This document shows, one piece after another, positions 46,928 through 57,171 of a DNA stretch of 57,849 nt (its first letter is position 1; each line of letters begins with the position of its first letter). The notes under the pieces were generated by a model. It was not told the DNA's origin, did not search any database, and saw only the letters and a program-made list of their open reading frames with translations. A program made the position numbers and the translations under genes. Source of the stretch: a virus (Duplodnaviria; Caudoviricetes); the IMG/VR virus record IMGVR_UViG_3300004776_000002, positions 1-57,849 of that record; one strand, given 5' to 3'.

Positions 46928-47249
46928 CGGTGGAAGTAAGAACAGATACGACTTAGTTCCTCCTCGCGCATTTGATGAAGTAGTCGAAATCTACACTTAC
47001 GGCTCCAAGAAGTATACCGATCACAACTGGCTCAAAGGTATGTCGTGGTCGAGAATATTCGGTGCTTTGATGAGGCATTGTTGGGCATTCTGGAGGGGAG
47101 AAGACGTTGATCCAGAGTCAGGTAAGCCGCACATGGCTCACGCGGCTTGGTGCTGTCTTGCTCTTCTTGAGTTCTCCAGAGTGCATCGCAAGTTTGATGA
47201 TAGAATATCAACTACAGGGCTGCCGAATGTTGAAAAAGTTAAGTCATGA
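46863..47249 (+). CDS. DUF5664 / dATP-dGTP diphosphohydrolase N-terminal-like protein
   Basis: KFDG.K.RYDLVP, YG..KY..HNW..G, A.MRH, GED.DPESG..H.AH motifs. Confidence 0.8.
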   Translation: MKRKKEIWPLEQRKREPANKFDGGSKNRYDLVPPRAFDEVVEIYTYGSKKYTDHNWLKGMSWSRIFGALMRHCWAFWRGEDVDPESGKPHMAHAAWCCLALLEFSRVHRKFDDRISTTGLPNVEKVKS

Positions 47250-47822
47250 CCGCAGGATAATCAGAGCTAATGTCGAGTTAGAACGCAGACGGGTTCCTTA
47301 CGTTTATAAATACGAAATTAAAGAAGTGGCTCATCTTCTCGAGGTTGATACAAGAGTTCTGCAGGAAATGATTCGTGAAAAATTAGAAGAGTACAAAAAC
47401 ATGATAGACAGTGGTTCATAATAAGAGAGGAGAAACAAATGGCAAAACCAGTATTAGGGAATAAAAAGTTCGATTCGATGTTGCAGGGAGCATGCAAAAC
47501 GATTGAGCACGTTCTTAACAACGTGAGCGTCAGACAGTATGATGGCGAGACGTTGTGTGATATGCAAGTAGTACGCGACAAATTCAATAAGTTGGACATT
47601 GAGAAATGGTTGAATATTCGCGTACAGCAATCAGATGGCGGAAGAGTTGGGGCGTCGAGAAAGTATAACAAAGAATAGATATAAGTAAGAGGGAGGTGAT
47701 TTAATGTTAGAGTTGTTGTTTGATGCCGCTCTGTTTTGTGCAATAGTACTGGGAGTGGCATATTGTGTGAAGCGTTTGTTGAACTTGGATAAAAAGAGAG
47801 AAGAAATTAAGAAGGGAGAAAA

Positions 47823-48620
47823 ATGAGACTTACAATTTGGGCTGTAGTAGTCGTAATCGCATTCGTGTTGTTGTCAATCATTAATCCGTTTGTTATTATT
47901 CCGGCGGGACATGTTGGAGTATTGATGAACTGGGGAGCAGTATCACCTACGGTGTATTCACCTGGTCTGCACTGGCGTACTCCTGTAGTACAGAGCGTAG
48001 TTGTTATTGATACGCAGATTCAGAAAGAAGAGGCAAAAGCTGGTGCAGCGTCTAAGGATTTGCAGGAGTTGAATACAGTAGTTGCTCTTAACTATCATTT
48101 GGACCCTGCAAAGGTCAATGAGTTGTATCAACGTATAGGTTTATCGTACAGTTCGCGAATAATTGATCCGGCGATACAAGAAGCAATGAAGTCGGCAGCA
48201 GCGAAATTTACAGCAGAAGAGGCGATAACCAGGAGACCAGAAGTTAAAGAAGCTGTCAAACAATTATTGACTGACAGACTTGCGCGAGAAGATATCGTAT
48301 TAGATGAAATCTCAATCAAAGATTTTGACTTCTCTAATGAATTTAATAAGGCTATCGAAGCCAAAGTAACTGCCGAACAACAGGCTCTGCAGGCGAAGAA
48401 CGTGCTTGAGAGAGTAAAATTCGAGGCAGAACAGAGAATAGCGCAAGCCGAGGGAGAGGCGAAGGCTATTAAGACGCAGGTTGAGAGTATTGCTCAGACC
48501 GGTGGTTGGAGTTACGTTCAGTTGAAGGCAATCGAGAAGTGGGACGGAAAGTTGCCTACTCAAATGATACCTAATGCTACTGTGCCGTTTCTTGATTTAA
48601 ACCAGAAGGAACAGAAATAA
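47823..48620 (+). CDS. SPFH/prohibitin family membrane protein
   Basis: N-terminal TM, G.VGV...G, SKDLQ, AIEAK..AEQ, AEGEA, KWDG.LP motifs. Confidence 0.9.
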   Translation: MRLTIWAVVVVIAFVLLSIINPFVIIPAGHVGVLMNWGAVSPTVYSPGLHWRTPVVQSVVVIDTQIQKEEAKAGAASKDLQELNTVVALNYHLDPAKVNELYQRIGLSYSSRIIDPAIQEAMKSAAAKFTAEEAITRRPEVKEAVKQLLTDRLAREDIVLDEISIKDFDFSNEFNKAIEAKVTAEQQALQAKNVLERVKFEAEQRIAQAEGEAKAIKTQVESIAQTGGWSYVQLKAIEKWDGKLPTQMIPNATVPFLDLNQKEQK

Positions 48621-49313
48621 GTGAAGATTCAAAAGCAGGTCGAATACAAAGTTAAAGAGTTCAACTCTGAGGAACTAAGCCTTTCTCAACGCGTGTTTGG
48701 CTTGGTTCCTCAGGCTGTTTATTTTAAATTCGATGTTGACTTGGATATAGACTTAGACAAGAATAAACTTATTTATGTCTACGGCTTGTTCGGTGAAGGC
48801 AAGACTATCTTTAAGGATGAATTAAAGAAACAGTTACAGAATACTCATTACGTTATTGACTACGACGACGAGAATATTGACGCAGATAAGAAGTTAATGG
48901 AATTATTTGATTTTAATAATAACAGAGAATTTCTCATTCGACTATTCTCCACGTTCGGAATGTTCGAGATGAGAAACATCTTCTCTAAATTCAGTGAGTT
49001 ATCTGCAGGTCAACAGAAACGAGTTCGATATATGTATTTGTTGTATAAGGCGCACGTTGATGAAACTATTGACAAGTCAAATTGCGTTGTATTGATAGAT
49101 GAATTTCTCACCTTCGTTGATTCTCTTTCAGCCAAGGTGTTTGCGCAAGGTTTGCGCAAGTTCATGACCAAACATATGGCAAACACTTTATTTTTTGGTT
49201 TTGGCTGTAATGATAGCATTTGTATGTACTGGGAAGACTTGAATATTCATATGCAAAATGGTAAAATCTATTCAATTACAGAAGTTACCGACGTTGACAG
49301 GGAACAGGAATAA
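48621..49313 (+). CDS. ABC-type ATPase (COG2401-like)
   Basis: GLFGEGKT, LSAGQQKR, VLIDEF motifs, with no membrane partner. Confidence 0.7.
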   Translation: MKIQKQVEYKVKEFNSEELSLSQRVFGLVPQAVYFKFDVDLDIDLDKNKLIYVYGLFGEGKTIFKDELKKQLQNTHYVIDYDDENIDADKKLMELFDFNNNREFLIRLFSTFGMFEMRNIFSKFSELSAGQQKRVRYMYLLYKAHVDETIDKSNCVVLIDEFLTFVDSLSAKVFAQGLRKFMTKHMANTLFFGFGCNDSICMYWEDLNIHMQNGKIYSITEVTDVDREQE

Positions 49314-49648
49314 TGGGTTACTTTAGAGAGATGTATGGCAGTCAGTCCAAAGAATTTATTAGAGGAGTTGTCGCCGGGTTGAAAGCATATGCTTACTGGA
49401 AAGATGGAGTTGAATATGTTGATTACTCTACAGTTCAGACGTTAAAGTTGGCTGTCGAAGAAATATGCGGAGAATTGGGTTGGAAAGAAGATTGGGGTAA
49501 CGCTTGATTACTAATATGCCTAAGAAATGGACAACATCAGTTCCAATAGATTTGAACAATAAACAGACAATTGAAGAAGCCCTGATAGAACTATTTGAAG
49601 ATAAATTCGTTGAGTGTTTTGGGCATCACTCTAAAGGCTATATGAAAT

Positions 49649-50776
49649 ATGTTAAACGAAATAGTACTAAGAAAAAATCTAAATGACGAGGTAGTGTTCG
49701 AGATTGAAACATTCACTACCAGCCAGAAGAAACGAAAACGTTCTGCATATGAATTGTTGGAGCGTCTCGATATTCTACAATATCACTATTTCAGCAGCGA
49801 ATATGAAGCGTTGAAGTCGTGTTACATTTATAATCTTCTGTATATACGTTACGGAAAACATCGCTATCTGGCGGGCGCTATATCGTGGCACGTCTCGGGT
49901 ATGAACAAGATATTGCGCAACATATTCTTTGGCTCTGAGTTCTTTGGTCATTTCAGAAAACATATGTTGGACAATCATCAGATTCCTGCGAAATTTCTTA
50001 CTATCTCTCGATTTGTTCTATTTCCGCAGTTTCGCGGAATTGGTTGGGCATCGAAATTCGCAGAGTTGGCTACCAAAGAAGTAGAGAAACAGTCAGATGT
50101 AATGATGCTTGAAATATTCTCTTCGATGTTATACAACTTTGACTTCATGCCAGATAATTGGGTTAAATACTCAAATGTCGTGCAGAAGATGTTTTCTAAC
50201 TTCGAGGAATATTCTGTCTTCTGCAGGCAGGCGAAGATGGTGCGTACATTAGAAGACGCGAGAAAGGTGTTGAATAGAGCAAAACGCGTGATTGATGATG
50301 AGCAGGCAGTGAGTGCTGTTGACGATGAACTACTAGACAATTTAGATTCAAAGAAGCGCAATCAATCGTTTCGTCAGTCTAAACAGATGTATCGTAGAGT
50401 ACCGCGAGCAGATAAGTTTATAAAAAGAAAATCCGGCTCAATGTTCAATCGTATGGATAATGCAGAATCGTTCGTTAATATAGCATCATTTATGTTTTAT
50501 ATACCACAGGATAAGTTTCATTATTTTAATGAATATTTTGGTTTCGATGAAATGATAAATTACAATTCAGTATTATCAAGTTATCGTTACTTTGATGCGT
50601 TGTGTCGTGCAAAGATATCTAGTTATCATTGGCATCGAACACAACAACCTATATTTGTAGATTTGTTCTCTGATTTCTGTGATGGGAGTGCCTACAAAAA
50701 CCGAATGACAATGTTGCAGGAAGTCACCTCTCAAAAAATATTGATGAAGAAAAAAGCTGAAAGAGAACAGATATAA
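49649..50776 (+). CDS. GNAT acetyltransferase-like protein (COG2401-like)
   Basis: QYHY near the N-terminus and ISRFVLFPQFRGIG acetyl-CoA-binding motif. Confidence 0.65.
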   Translation: MLNEIVLRKNLNDEVVFEIETFTTSQKKRKRSAYELLERLDILQYHYFSSEYEALKSCYIYNLLYIRYGKHRYLAGAISWHVSGMNKILRNIFFGSEFFGHFRKHMLDNHQIPAKFLTISRFVLFPQFRGIGWASKFAELATKEVEKQSDVMMLEIFSSMLYNFDFMPDNWVKYSNVVQKMFSNFEEYSVFCRQAKMVRTLEDARKVLNRAKRVIDDEQAVSAVDDELLDNLDSKKRNQSFRQSKQMYRRVPRADKFIKRKSGSMFNRMDNAESFVNIASFMFYIPQDKFHYFNEYFGFDEMINYNSVLSSYRYFDALCRAKISSYHWHRTQQPIFVDLFSDFCDGSAYKNRMTMLQEVTSQKILMKKKAEREQI

Positions 50777-50818
50777 TTTATCTGATATATTGACAGCATT
50801 GCAGAGGCGTGATATAAT
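50772..50818 (+). promoter_or_regulatory. Sigma70-type promoter with upstream TATAATTTAT box
   Basis: TTGACA 50790, 17-nt spacer, TATAAT 50813. Confidence 0.85.
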
Positions 50819-50838
50819 AATTCAACTTAGGAGAAGTC

Positions 50839-51321
50839 ATGAATGATAAATTCAAAATTGAAGTAGTCATCCGCAAAGAAAACAATGATGCTATAGATAA
50901 GTTTAGAGGTATTATCAATAGTTATCAGGTTGCTGATTTAGAACACAAAATTATACTTAACTTTCCTAGCTACTGGACTGGTTTTGCCGATGGCATTATG
51001 GCAGATATGTGGAAGGTTATGGGTGAGCATATGTATATCGCATTAGCCTACTTTGCTGATTCGGACGATATTGTTACTGACGTACATGGTGATTTCTGCG
51101 ATAGTTTTGAGGTGATCGTTGACGATAAGAAAGTCAATAAGTACGTCAAGAAGAATTTAAGAATAATTAATATTAAGAACAAGGAAGAGAACGTATTCGG
51201 GGTTAAGGCGTACGTCTTCGATATTCGACTTGTACCGCCGATAGTTAAAATTCTTGATGTTTATAGTGGCTCTAAAGACTCTGGTGTCAAGTTAAATATG
51301 TTTGCTAGCGGAAACAGATAA
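50839..51321 (+). CDS. Hypothetical protein
   Basis: First ORF after the promoter, with AGGAG SD. Confidence 0.55.
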   Translation: MNDKFKIEVVIRKENNDAIDKFRGIINSYQVADLEHKIILNFPSYWTGFADGIMADMWKVMGEHMYIALAYFADSDDIVTDVHGDFCDSFEVIVDDKKVNKYVKKNLRIINIKNKEENVFGVKAYVFDIRLVPPIVKILDVYSGSKDSGVKLNMFASGNR

Positions 51322-51490
51322 TGAGATTGGATATTCAAATCTGTCTGGGTAAAGAGTATAAACGGTGGTGCAAGAAATATGGTAAAGAATTTACCGATGC
51401 TAGTATTTCTAATGAGTTACAATTATACGCTGACAATTTAAATGACGACGTATTTGAGGGTCATAAAACAATATATCCTGAACTCTTAAA

Positions 51491-54448
51491 ATGAAATTAG
51501 CAATATTTAGCGACTTCCATCTTCATACCTGGAAATCTTTTGGTACCTCTGATGACAAGGTAATTTCGAAAAGATTGCAGGATCAGATTAACATTTTGGA
51601 ACAAATTTATGAGATAATTCAACAAAATGATATTAAATTTCTGATATTCGCAGGTGACTTGTTTCACAAACGTGGTGAGATTCCTGTAGAGTGTCTGAAC
51701 ATCATTACCGAATGGTTGTATCGAATAGAGAAGATTTGCATGGTAATAATGGTGCGGGGTAACCATGACTTATACAATGACCGACACTATCATAAGTTAA
51801 ATGATGCTCTTAACTTTCTTGAACACAACAAGAAGTCTGGTTATGAAATTGAACGCATTGGCGATTTAACAATCAAGACCGTTGGTTATTGCGATGAAGT
51901 AGATTACGAGAAGATTAAGAATTATGATTTAGTTATCGTTCATAAACAACCAGAGATTACTAATGAGTACGGTCATCATTTCACTGGTGTAAATTGGAAA
52001 AAGTTGGCATCACAGAACAAACTTGTATTTTTTGGTCACTACCACAAACGCAACAGATTATCAGACAATTGTTTCATCATTGGTTCACCGTTAGCACTTA
52101 CCTTCGATGATAAAAACGATAGGGGAATCTGGATAGTAGATACAACTGGATTGGAATCTACATTGTCCTACGATTTCGAAGTTATTAACAATCTTGCAGT
52201 AGCGTTCGTTCCACTCAAATATCCCAAGTTCATTACAGTAAACGAAGAGTCAGAAGTAGTGCATGGCGACGGTAATTACTATCGTGTGTTAAATGCTACC
52301 ACAAAGAGTACTGATGTCAATGTGGTGAACGTCATCAAACCAGAGTTCTTTGAGGAACGCATTAAGTCGAACGATTTCAATGATGTATTGCGCGAGTGGT
52401 TGACTTTACATCAGAAAGACGACACTGCATTAGAAGTGATAAAAGATGTTGTGACCGATAAGGTGCAGTCGGTTAAGAGGCTGTTCGATGGTGTAGTTAC
52501 TAAAGTAGCAATCAAAGATTTTCTCTCTATTGGTGAGATAGAATTGAATGTAGAGAACGGTTTCACTCTCATTACGGGCCTCAATCTAGATACCAACGAT
52601 TCTAACGGTTCTGGTAAGACCGGAATCTTCGAGTCAATATATTGGTGTCTATTTGGCGAGACTACCAAAGGTTTGACTGGAGACGATGTCATACGCAGAG
52701 GAGTAAAGAACTGCAAGGTAACTCTTAATCTCGTTGGCAAGGAAGCTGCGTTTGTTGTAAGCCGTTCGCGCAAAGAGGGTCTTATTGTTGATCAAATTAA
52801 AGAGGGTGAACATACTGAATTAGTAGAAGGTCTTAAACAGATAGATCGCCAGGCATTTCTCGAACAACAGATATTGGGATTTGATAAGAACATATTTCTT
52901 GCATCATGTTATTTTTCTCAAGAGAATCTAGTGATGTTGACTGGTTTATCAGACGTTGAGAAGACTAGCATGCTTACTAAGCTGTTGGGATTCGATACCT
53001 ATGACGACTTATATCTCAAGACATTTGCTAAGATTAAATTGTTCCAGACTGATATCTTTAATATTGAAAATGAGAAACACGATTTGAACAGTCAGATTAA
53101 TAACAATCAAGCCAAAATTGATGTTCTGAACAGAACTATTAAATCGTTTGAAGATGACATCAAACGTTATGAGAACGAAGCGTCTAGATACAAACAACAG
53201 ATTGAACAAATTGCTTCAACTGAGGAGATACCTCCAATTGTTGTTGACTACGACGCGAAATTAGATGAAGTGAACACTAAGATTGAGAAGCTTGAAGGCG
53301 AGATTTATTCGTGCGATACTGATATTGAAGTAGCGACTACCAATAACGCAGACGATAGTAAAGATTATTTTAGATTTTCTAGTGAGAGAAATTCGCTGAC
53401 TGATCAAGTCAATAGATTGAATAGACAGATGATCAAATTCCACGACGCGAAAGCCGGTGTGCGTTGTGAAATTTGCGGCTCTTTGGTGACTGCTGAGAAT
53501 CTGCATAAATGCATAGAAGAGAAACGTCAGGAGATTGAACAGACTAATGTTATTTTAAGCGGCATTAATGAACAATATTCTAAGGCGGAAGAGTTGAAGA
53601 ACGTTGGAGAATCTGCTATACGCGATTTGAAAGCAAAAAAATCTAACAAAGAGAACAATTTGCGTGTTCTAAAGACTGAATTGCGCAGTATCACTGCAGA
53701 GAAGAGAACGTACGACGAAAAAGTTAGTCAATACGAGAGACGTAAGGATACGATTAAACATGAGATAGAAAAGTTGGAGGTTAGCATTAAGAGTATGATT
53801 AGTCTGATCCCCGACACAAACAAGAAAATAGAAGACAACGTAAAACAACGCGATGTATGCAACGATGTTATATTAGACATTGACGACAAGATTAAAAAAA
53901 TTGACTGGCGCATTGACAAATTAAATAAAGGAATTGAAGTGTTGGAGTTCTGGAAGATGTCGTTCTCTCCAAATGGTATACGTGCGTTGTTGTTAGATCG
54001 TTTTTGCAACCAATTCAATTCGTTAGTAAATGATTATCTCTCTACAGTAAGTGCAGGAACAATGTCTATTGCAGTGTCTCCAACCAAGACTCTCAAGTCT
54101 GGGGAAGAGAGAAATCGCATCGGTTTAGATATCTATACTAATGGAACGATGGTTAAGTATGAGTCACTATCTGGCGGGGAAAAGCGCAGAATCGACATGT
54201 CTTTGTGTCTTACTCTGAATCATTGGGTAAGCATGACGTATCAATTATCTCATGGCTTATTGGGTATTTTGATATTAGATGAATTGTTCGCATTTGTTGA
54301 TCATTTAGGTGAAGAATCGATAGCAACTCTGTTATACGAAGAAGGACAGGATAAGGCAGTGTATGTGGTATCACATACCGCAGATTTATCTTCCTACGGT
54401 GAGAACAGGCTGACTGTAATAAAAGAGAAAGGAGTCACGCATTTATGA
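51491..54448 (+). CDS. Fused SbcD(Mre11)-SbcC(Rad50) nuclease/ATPase
   Basis: DFH, GD, GNHD, GHYH nuclease motifs, then NGSGKT, FSQE, coiled coil with CEIC hook, LSGGE, ILDE, SH. Confidence 0.9.
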   Translation: MKLAIFSDFHLHTWKSFGTSDDKVISKRLQDQINILEQIYEIIQQNDIKFLIFAGDLFHKRGEIPVECLNIITEWLYRIEKICMVIMVRGNHDLYNDRHYHKLNDALNFLEHNKKSGYEIERIGDLTIKTVGYCDEVDYEKIKNYDLVIVHKQPEITNEYGHHFTGVNWKKLASQNKLVFFGHYHKRNRLSDNCFIIGSPLALTFDDKNDRGIWIVDTTGLESTLSYDFEVINNLAVAFVPLKYPKFITVNEESEVVHGDGNYYRVLNATTKSTDVNVVNVIKPEFFEERIKSNDFNDVLREWLTLHQKDDTALEVIKDVVTDKVQSVKRLFDGVVTKVAIKDFLSIGEIELNVENGFTLITGLNLDTNDSNGSGKTGIFESIYWCLFGETTKGLTGDDVIRRGVKNCKVTLNLVGKEAAFVVSRSRKEGLIVDQIKEGEHTELVEGLKQIDRQAFLEQQILGFDKNIFLASCYFSQENLVMLTGLSDVEKTSMLTKLLGFDTYDDLYLKTFAKIKLFQTDIFNIENEKHDLNSQINNNQAKIDVLNRTIKSFEDDIKRYENEASRYKQQIEQIASTEEIPPIVVDYDAKLDEVNTKIEKLEGEIYSCDTDIEVATTNNADDSKDYFRFSSERNSLTDQVNRLNRQMIKFHDAKAGVRCEICGSLVTAENLHKCIEEKRQEIEQTNVILSGINEQYSKAEELKNVGESAIRDLKAKKSNKENNLRVLKTELRSITAEKRTYDEKVSQYERRKDTIKHEIEKLEVSIKSMISLIPDTNKKIEDNVKQRDVCNDVILDIDDKIKKIDWRIDKLNKGIEVLEFWKMSFSPNGIRALLLDRFCNQFNSLVNDYLSTVSAGTMSIAVSPTKTLKSGEERNRIGLDIYTNGTMVKYESLSGGEKRRIDMSLCLTLNHWVSMTYQLSHGLLGILILDELFAFVDHLGEESIATLLYEEGQDKAVYVVSHTADLSSYGENRLTVIKEKGVTHL

Positions 54449-54670
54449 TAATAGATAAGAAAATAATCTGCGACTTTTGTGAAGCTGAAGAAGAGCATGA
54501 TATTGTTGGAAATAGTGCTTTAGCGAAATGGAGTGGTGGAATAAGAGGTAAGACGTTTTCAGTTCTTCCTTATTCTGAATTTGCTAATGAAATAGTGAAG
54601 CATGGCTGTTCGAGAGAATTGTGTCAGGCAAAATTACTTGCGTGGTCAAGAAGTTAAGGAGGTATGAACT

Positions 54671-55381
54671 ATGAGCTTGTTAAAGAATTTGTTGAAGAAA
54701 TTTAGAAAAGATAAGAATTATAAGTACCAGTCAATGCAACTCGATACGGAGACGTTGACTACAAATACTTATGTTACGTGGAACAATGGGACTTCAACGG
54801 CTGTACCTGTAGTTAATTCAGTCCCAGAAGATTCGAACTTTGTACCGAAAAACGATGACCGAATTGAGAAGAAACCAGTTGAATTAATCAATGAAATCGT
54901 CAACGAGACACCAGCCTTCGATTGTGCAGATATTAAACGGCAAATCAGAGTGGTCAAGAGACGATTAGATACTTTGCTTAGACAGAAGGCTAATGCTGGG
55001 GATGAGAAAGAGGCGTTGAGATATCTTGAAGCGCGTAAGAAGTTTGCCAAGTATCATAAACTCTTCAACTGGACGGTTACTAATGAGATCAAAATCAGGG
55101 AGCTGTGCAGTAAGTATAAAGTTCAGACGGTTGGGTTTATCAGTTATGCTCGAAATATTCCAATGGAAGCAATCGACGAAATAGAGAAGTTTGAAAAGGC
55201 GTTATCTAAAGTTACAGACAGAGAACCGGAACTAAGTCTTATTATTGATGTTGGTGGCAAGGAACAGAAGAAAGATCCAATACTTCTAGCGCGTTCGCCA
55301 TTCGGTCGGTGGTATTATGTACTCGGTGCCTGGGATAAGGAAGTTGAAATCGTTGACAAAATTATCTACGATGGGAAATAG
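54671..55381 (+). CDS. Conserved phage hypothetical protein
   Basis: IP.EA...KDPIL...YVLGAWD.E pattern. Confidence 0.55.
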   Translation: MSLLKNLLKKFRKDKNYKYQSMQLDTETLTTNTYVTWNNGTSTAVPVVNSVPEDSNFVPKNDDRIEKKPVELINEIVNETPAFDCADIKRQIRVVKRRLDTLLRQKANAGDEKEALRYLEARKKFAKYHKLFNWTVTNEIKIRELCSKYKVQTVGFISYARNIPMEAIDEIEKFEKALSKVTDREPELSLIIDVGGKEQKKDPILLARSPFGRWYYVLGAWDKEVEIVDKIIYDGK

Positions 55382-55549
55382 CATAGTTAGTTTAATAAAA
55401 AGATTTAAATGTTTTCTCGGCTTTCATAAGTGGCAATGGGCTGTTTGGCATGAATCTGGAGCTAGAAGAAAATTGTGCATAGTTTGCGGTAAAAAAGAAT
55501 ACTGGGGAAAGACTGCAATTTATCGGAACGCTGTTAAGGGGGTGAACTA

Positions 55550-55876
55550 ATGTTTTGGGGTAAGAAGAAGTACGAATTAAAGAAGAAAGAGGTCGATTTG
55601 GAAGTTGCTAAGTATGAAGCTGACATGCAACTTAAAGGCAATGCTCAGAGAAATGCGTATGAATGTGAATGGCATAATGAAAGAGAAGCCAGACGAGTTG
55701 AACTGGCTAAACTCGATGCCGAAATCGATGCTAAAAGAGAAAGCAGAGAGTTCTATAAACAAATGACTGATGAGAAAGATAAGCAGATTCTATATCTTCA
55801 GTCTATTATTAACAATTTGACCGATGCTCTTGGTGGTAAATTAGCTGAAGTTTGTGATGGTAAAAAAGAATATTAA
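55550..55876 (+). CDS. Coiled-coil hypothetical protein
   Basis: 108-aa charged helical ORF with SD. Confidence 0.5.
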   Translation: MFWGKKKYELKKKEVDLEVAKYEADMQLKGNAQRNAYECEWHNEREARRVELAKLDAEIDAKRESREFYKQMTDEKDKQILYLQSIINNLTDALGGKLAEVCDGKKEY

Positions 55877-56269
55877 GGAAGAAGTATGAGATAGTGTACA
55901 AGATTATTTACGATGGAAAATAAAAAGACTAATATATTTAGTAGAATCTTCAAGCCTCAGTCAAAGATAACTATCGAAGAGAAGACTTACAAAGATGGTC
56001 ATTTATACATCAGACGCGAGACTAAGACTGGAGAAGTTGCTGAGAAGGAAATTGAGAAACACTCTAAATCGATGTCTGATTGGATTAGGAATTTTCTGGA
56101 GGCTCTTGATGAGTAAACTACTTAAAGTAACAATGGAGTTTAAGGACTACGTCCAGACACTTGAAGGTGAAGAAGCGTATAAGTGGTTAGAAGCAGTTAA
56201 TGCTATATGTGTTATGGAACATATTCATGGGAGACCATTTCCTGAATTTAAGTGGAAGAAGACAGACAA

Positions 56270-56806
56270 ATGAAACCAGGCGCCGGCAGCAGAAAGGGAA
56301 GTAGTTATGAACGCAAGATAGCCAAAGATTTGTCGTTGTGGTGGTCTGACGGTAAACGCAACGACTTATTTTGGAGAACTCATTCTTCTGGTCAACTGGG
56401 TACTCGTTCGAAGAAGATGACGGAGTACGGTGATCTTATGAGTATACACGATAACGGCAAAGAATTCACTGAAAAGTTTCATATAGAGTGTCGTCATGGA
56501 AAGTGTATCAAGATTCACGATTTGGTGTATGCACCAAAGGCATCGTCCTCAAATATGACGGGTTTCATTCAAGAGGGTTTTACCGGTGCTAAAGCGTCGT
56601 TACGCACACCTCTTTGGATATTTAGAGAACAGGGTCAAGAGATAATGGTAATGATGACGTACACTGATTACTGTTTTTATATACCGCAGATTGTTGCTAT
56701 CAAGAATGATGCGACGGTTGCTCTGTTTCCTCTATATGAACTGGTGTTGATGACCTACGATAACTTCAAAAAGTGTTTTAAAAGGGAGACTTTATGTACG
56801 AAGTAA
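56270..56806 (+). CDS. Holliday junction resolvase-like PD-(D/E)xK nuclease
   Basis: KG.SYER.IA..L, SG, GD, IECR motifs. Confidence 0.7.
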   Translation: MKPGAGSRKGSSYERKIAKDLSLWWSDGKRNDLFWRTHSSGQLGTRSKKMTEYGDLMSIHDNGKEFTEKFHIECRHGKCIKIHDLVYAPKASSSNMTGFIQEGFTGAKASLRTPLWIFREQGQEIMVMMTYTDYCFYIPQIVAIKNDATVALFPLYELVLMTYDNFKKCFKRETLCTK

Positions 56807-56951
56807 TTAAAGAAAGAATAAAGAACGATGAATGTCTAATATGCGGTAAGAAGTTGGGAAAGAATATAATTGTGATTGAGCACATGAAAGCTGGCGTGGG
56901 TTATATTTGCGATACTCATCCTGTACAAGGTGAGATACTGAAGGAGGAATA

Positions 56952-57158
56952 ATGGATACGGATGTATTTCTTGCTGTTCTTACAATAATTGGTATAATCT
57001 TAATCGTTGCATTTTGTCTTGGTGCGTATTTTCTGCCGACGATAATAGCGTTGATTATGCATCACCCTCATAAACTTGCGATATTTTTAATTAATTTCTT
57101 TGCTGGTTGGACTGGAGTTGGTTGGTTAGGTTCGTTAATATGGGCTTGCATAGTATAA
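56952..57158 (+). CDS. Superinfection immunity (Imm-like) membrane protein
   Basis: YFLPTIIA...H....IF..N...GWT..GW...L.WA. Confidence 0.85.
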   Translation: MDTDVFLAVLTIIGIILIVAFCLGAYFLPTIIALIMHHPHKLAIFLINFFAGWTGVGWLGSLIWACIV

Positions 57159-57171
57159 AGGGAGAGACAAC

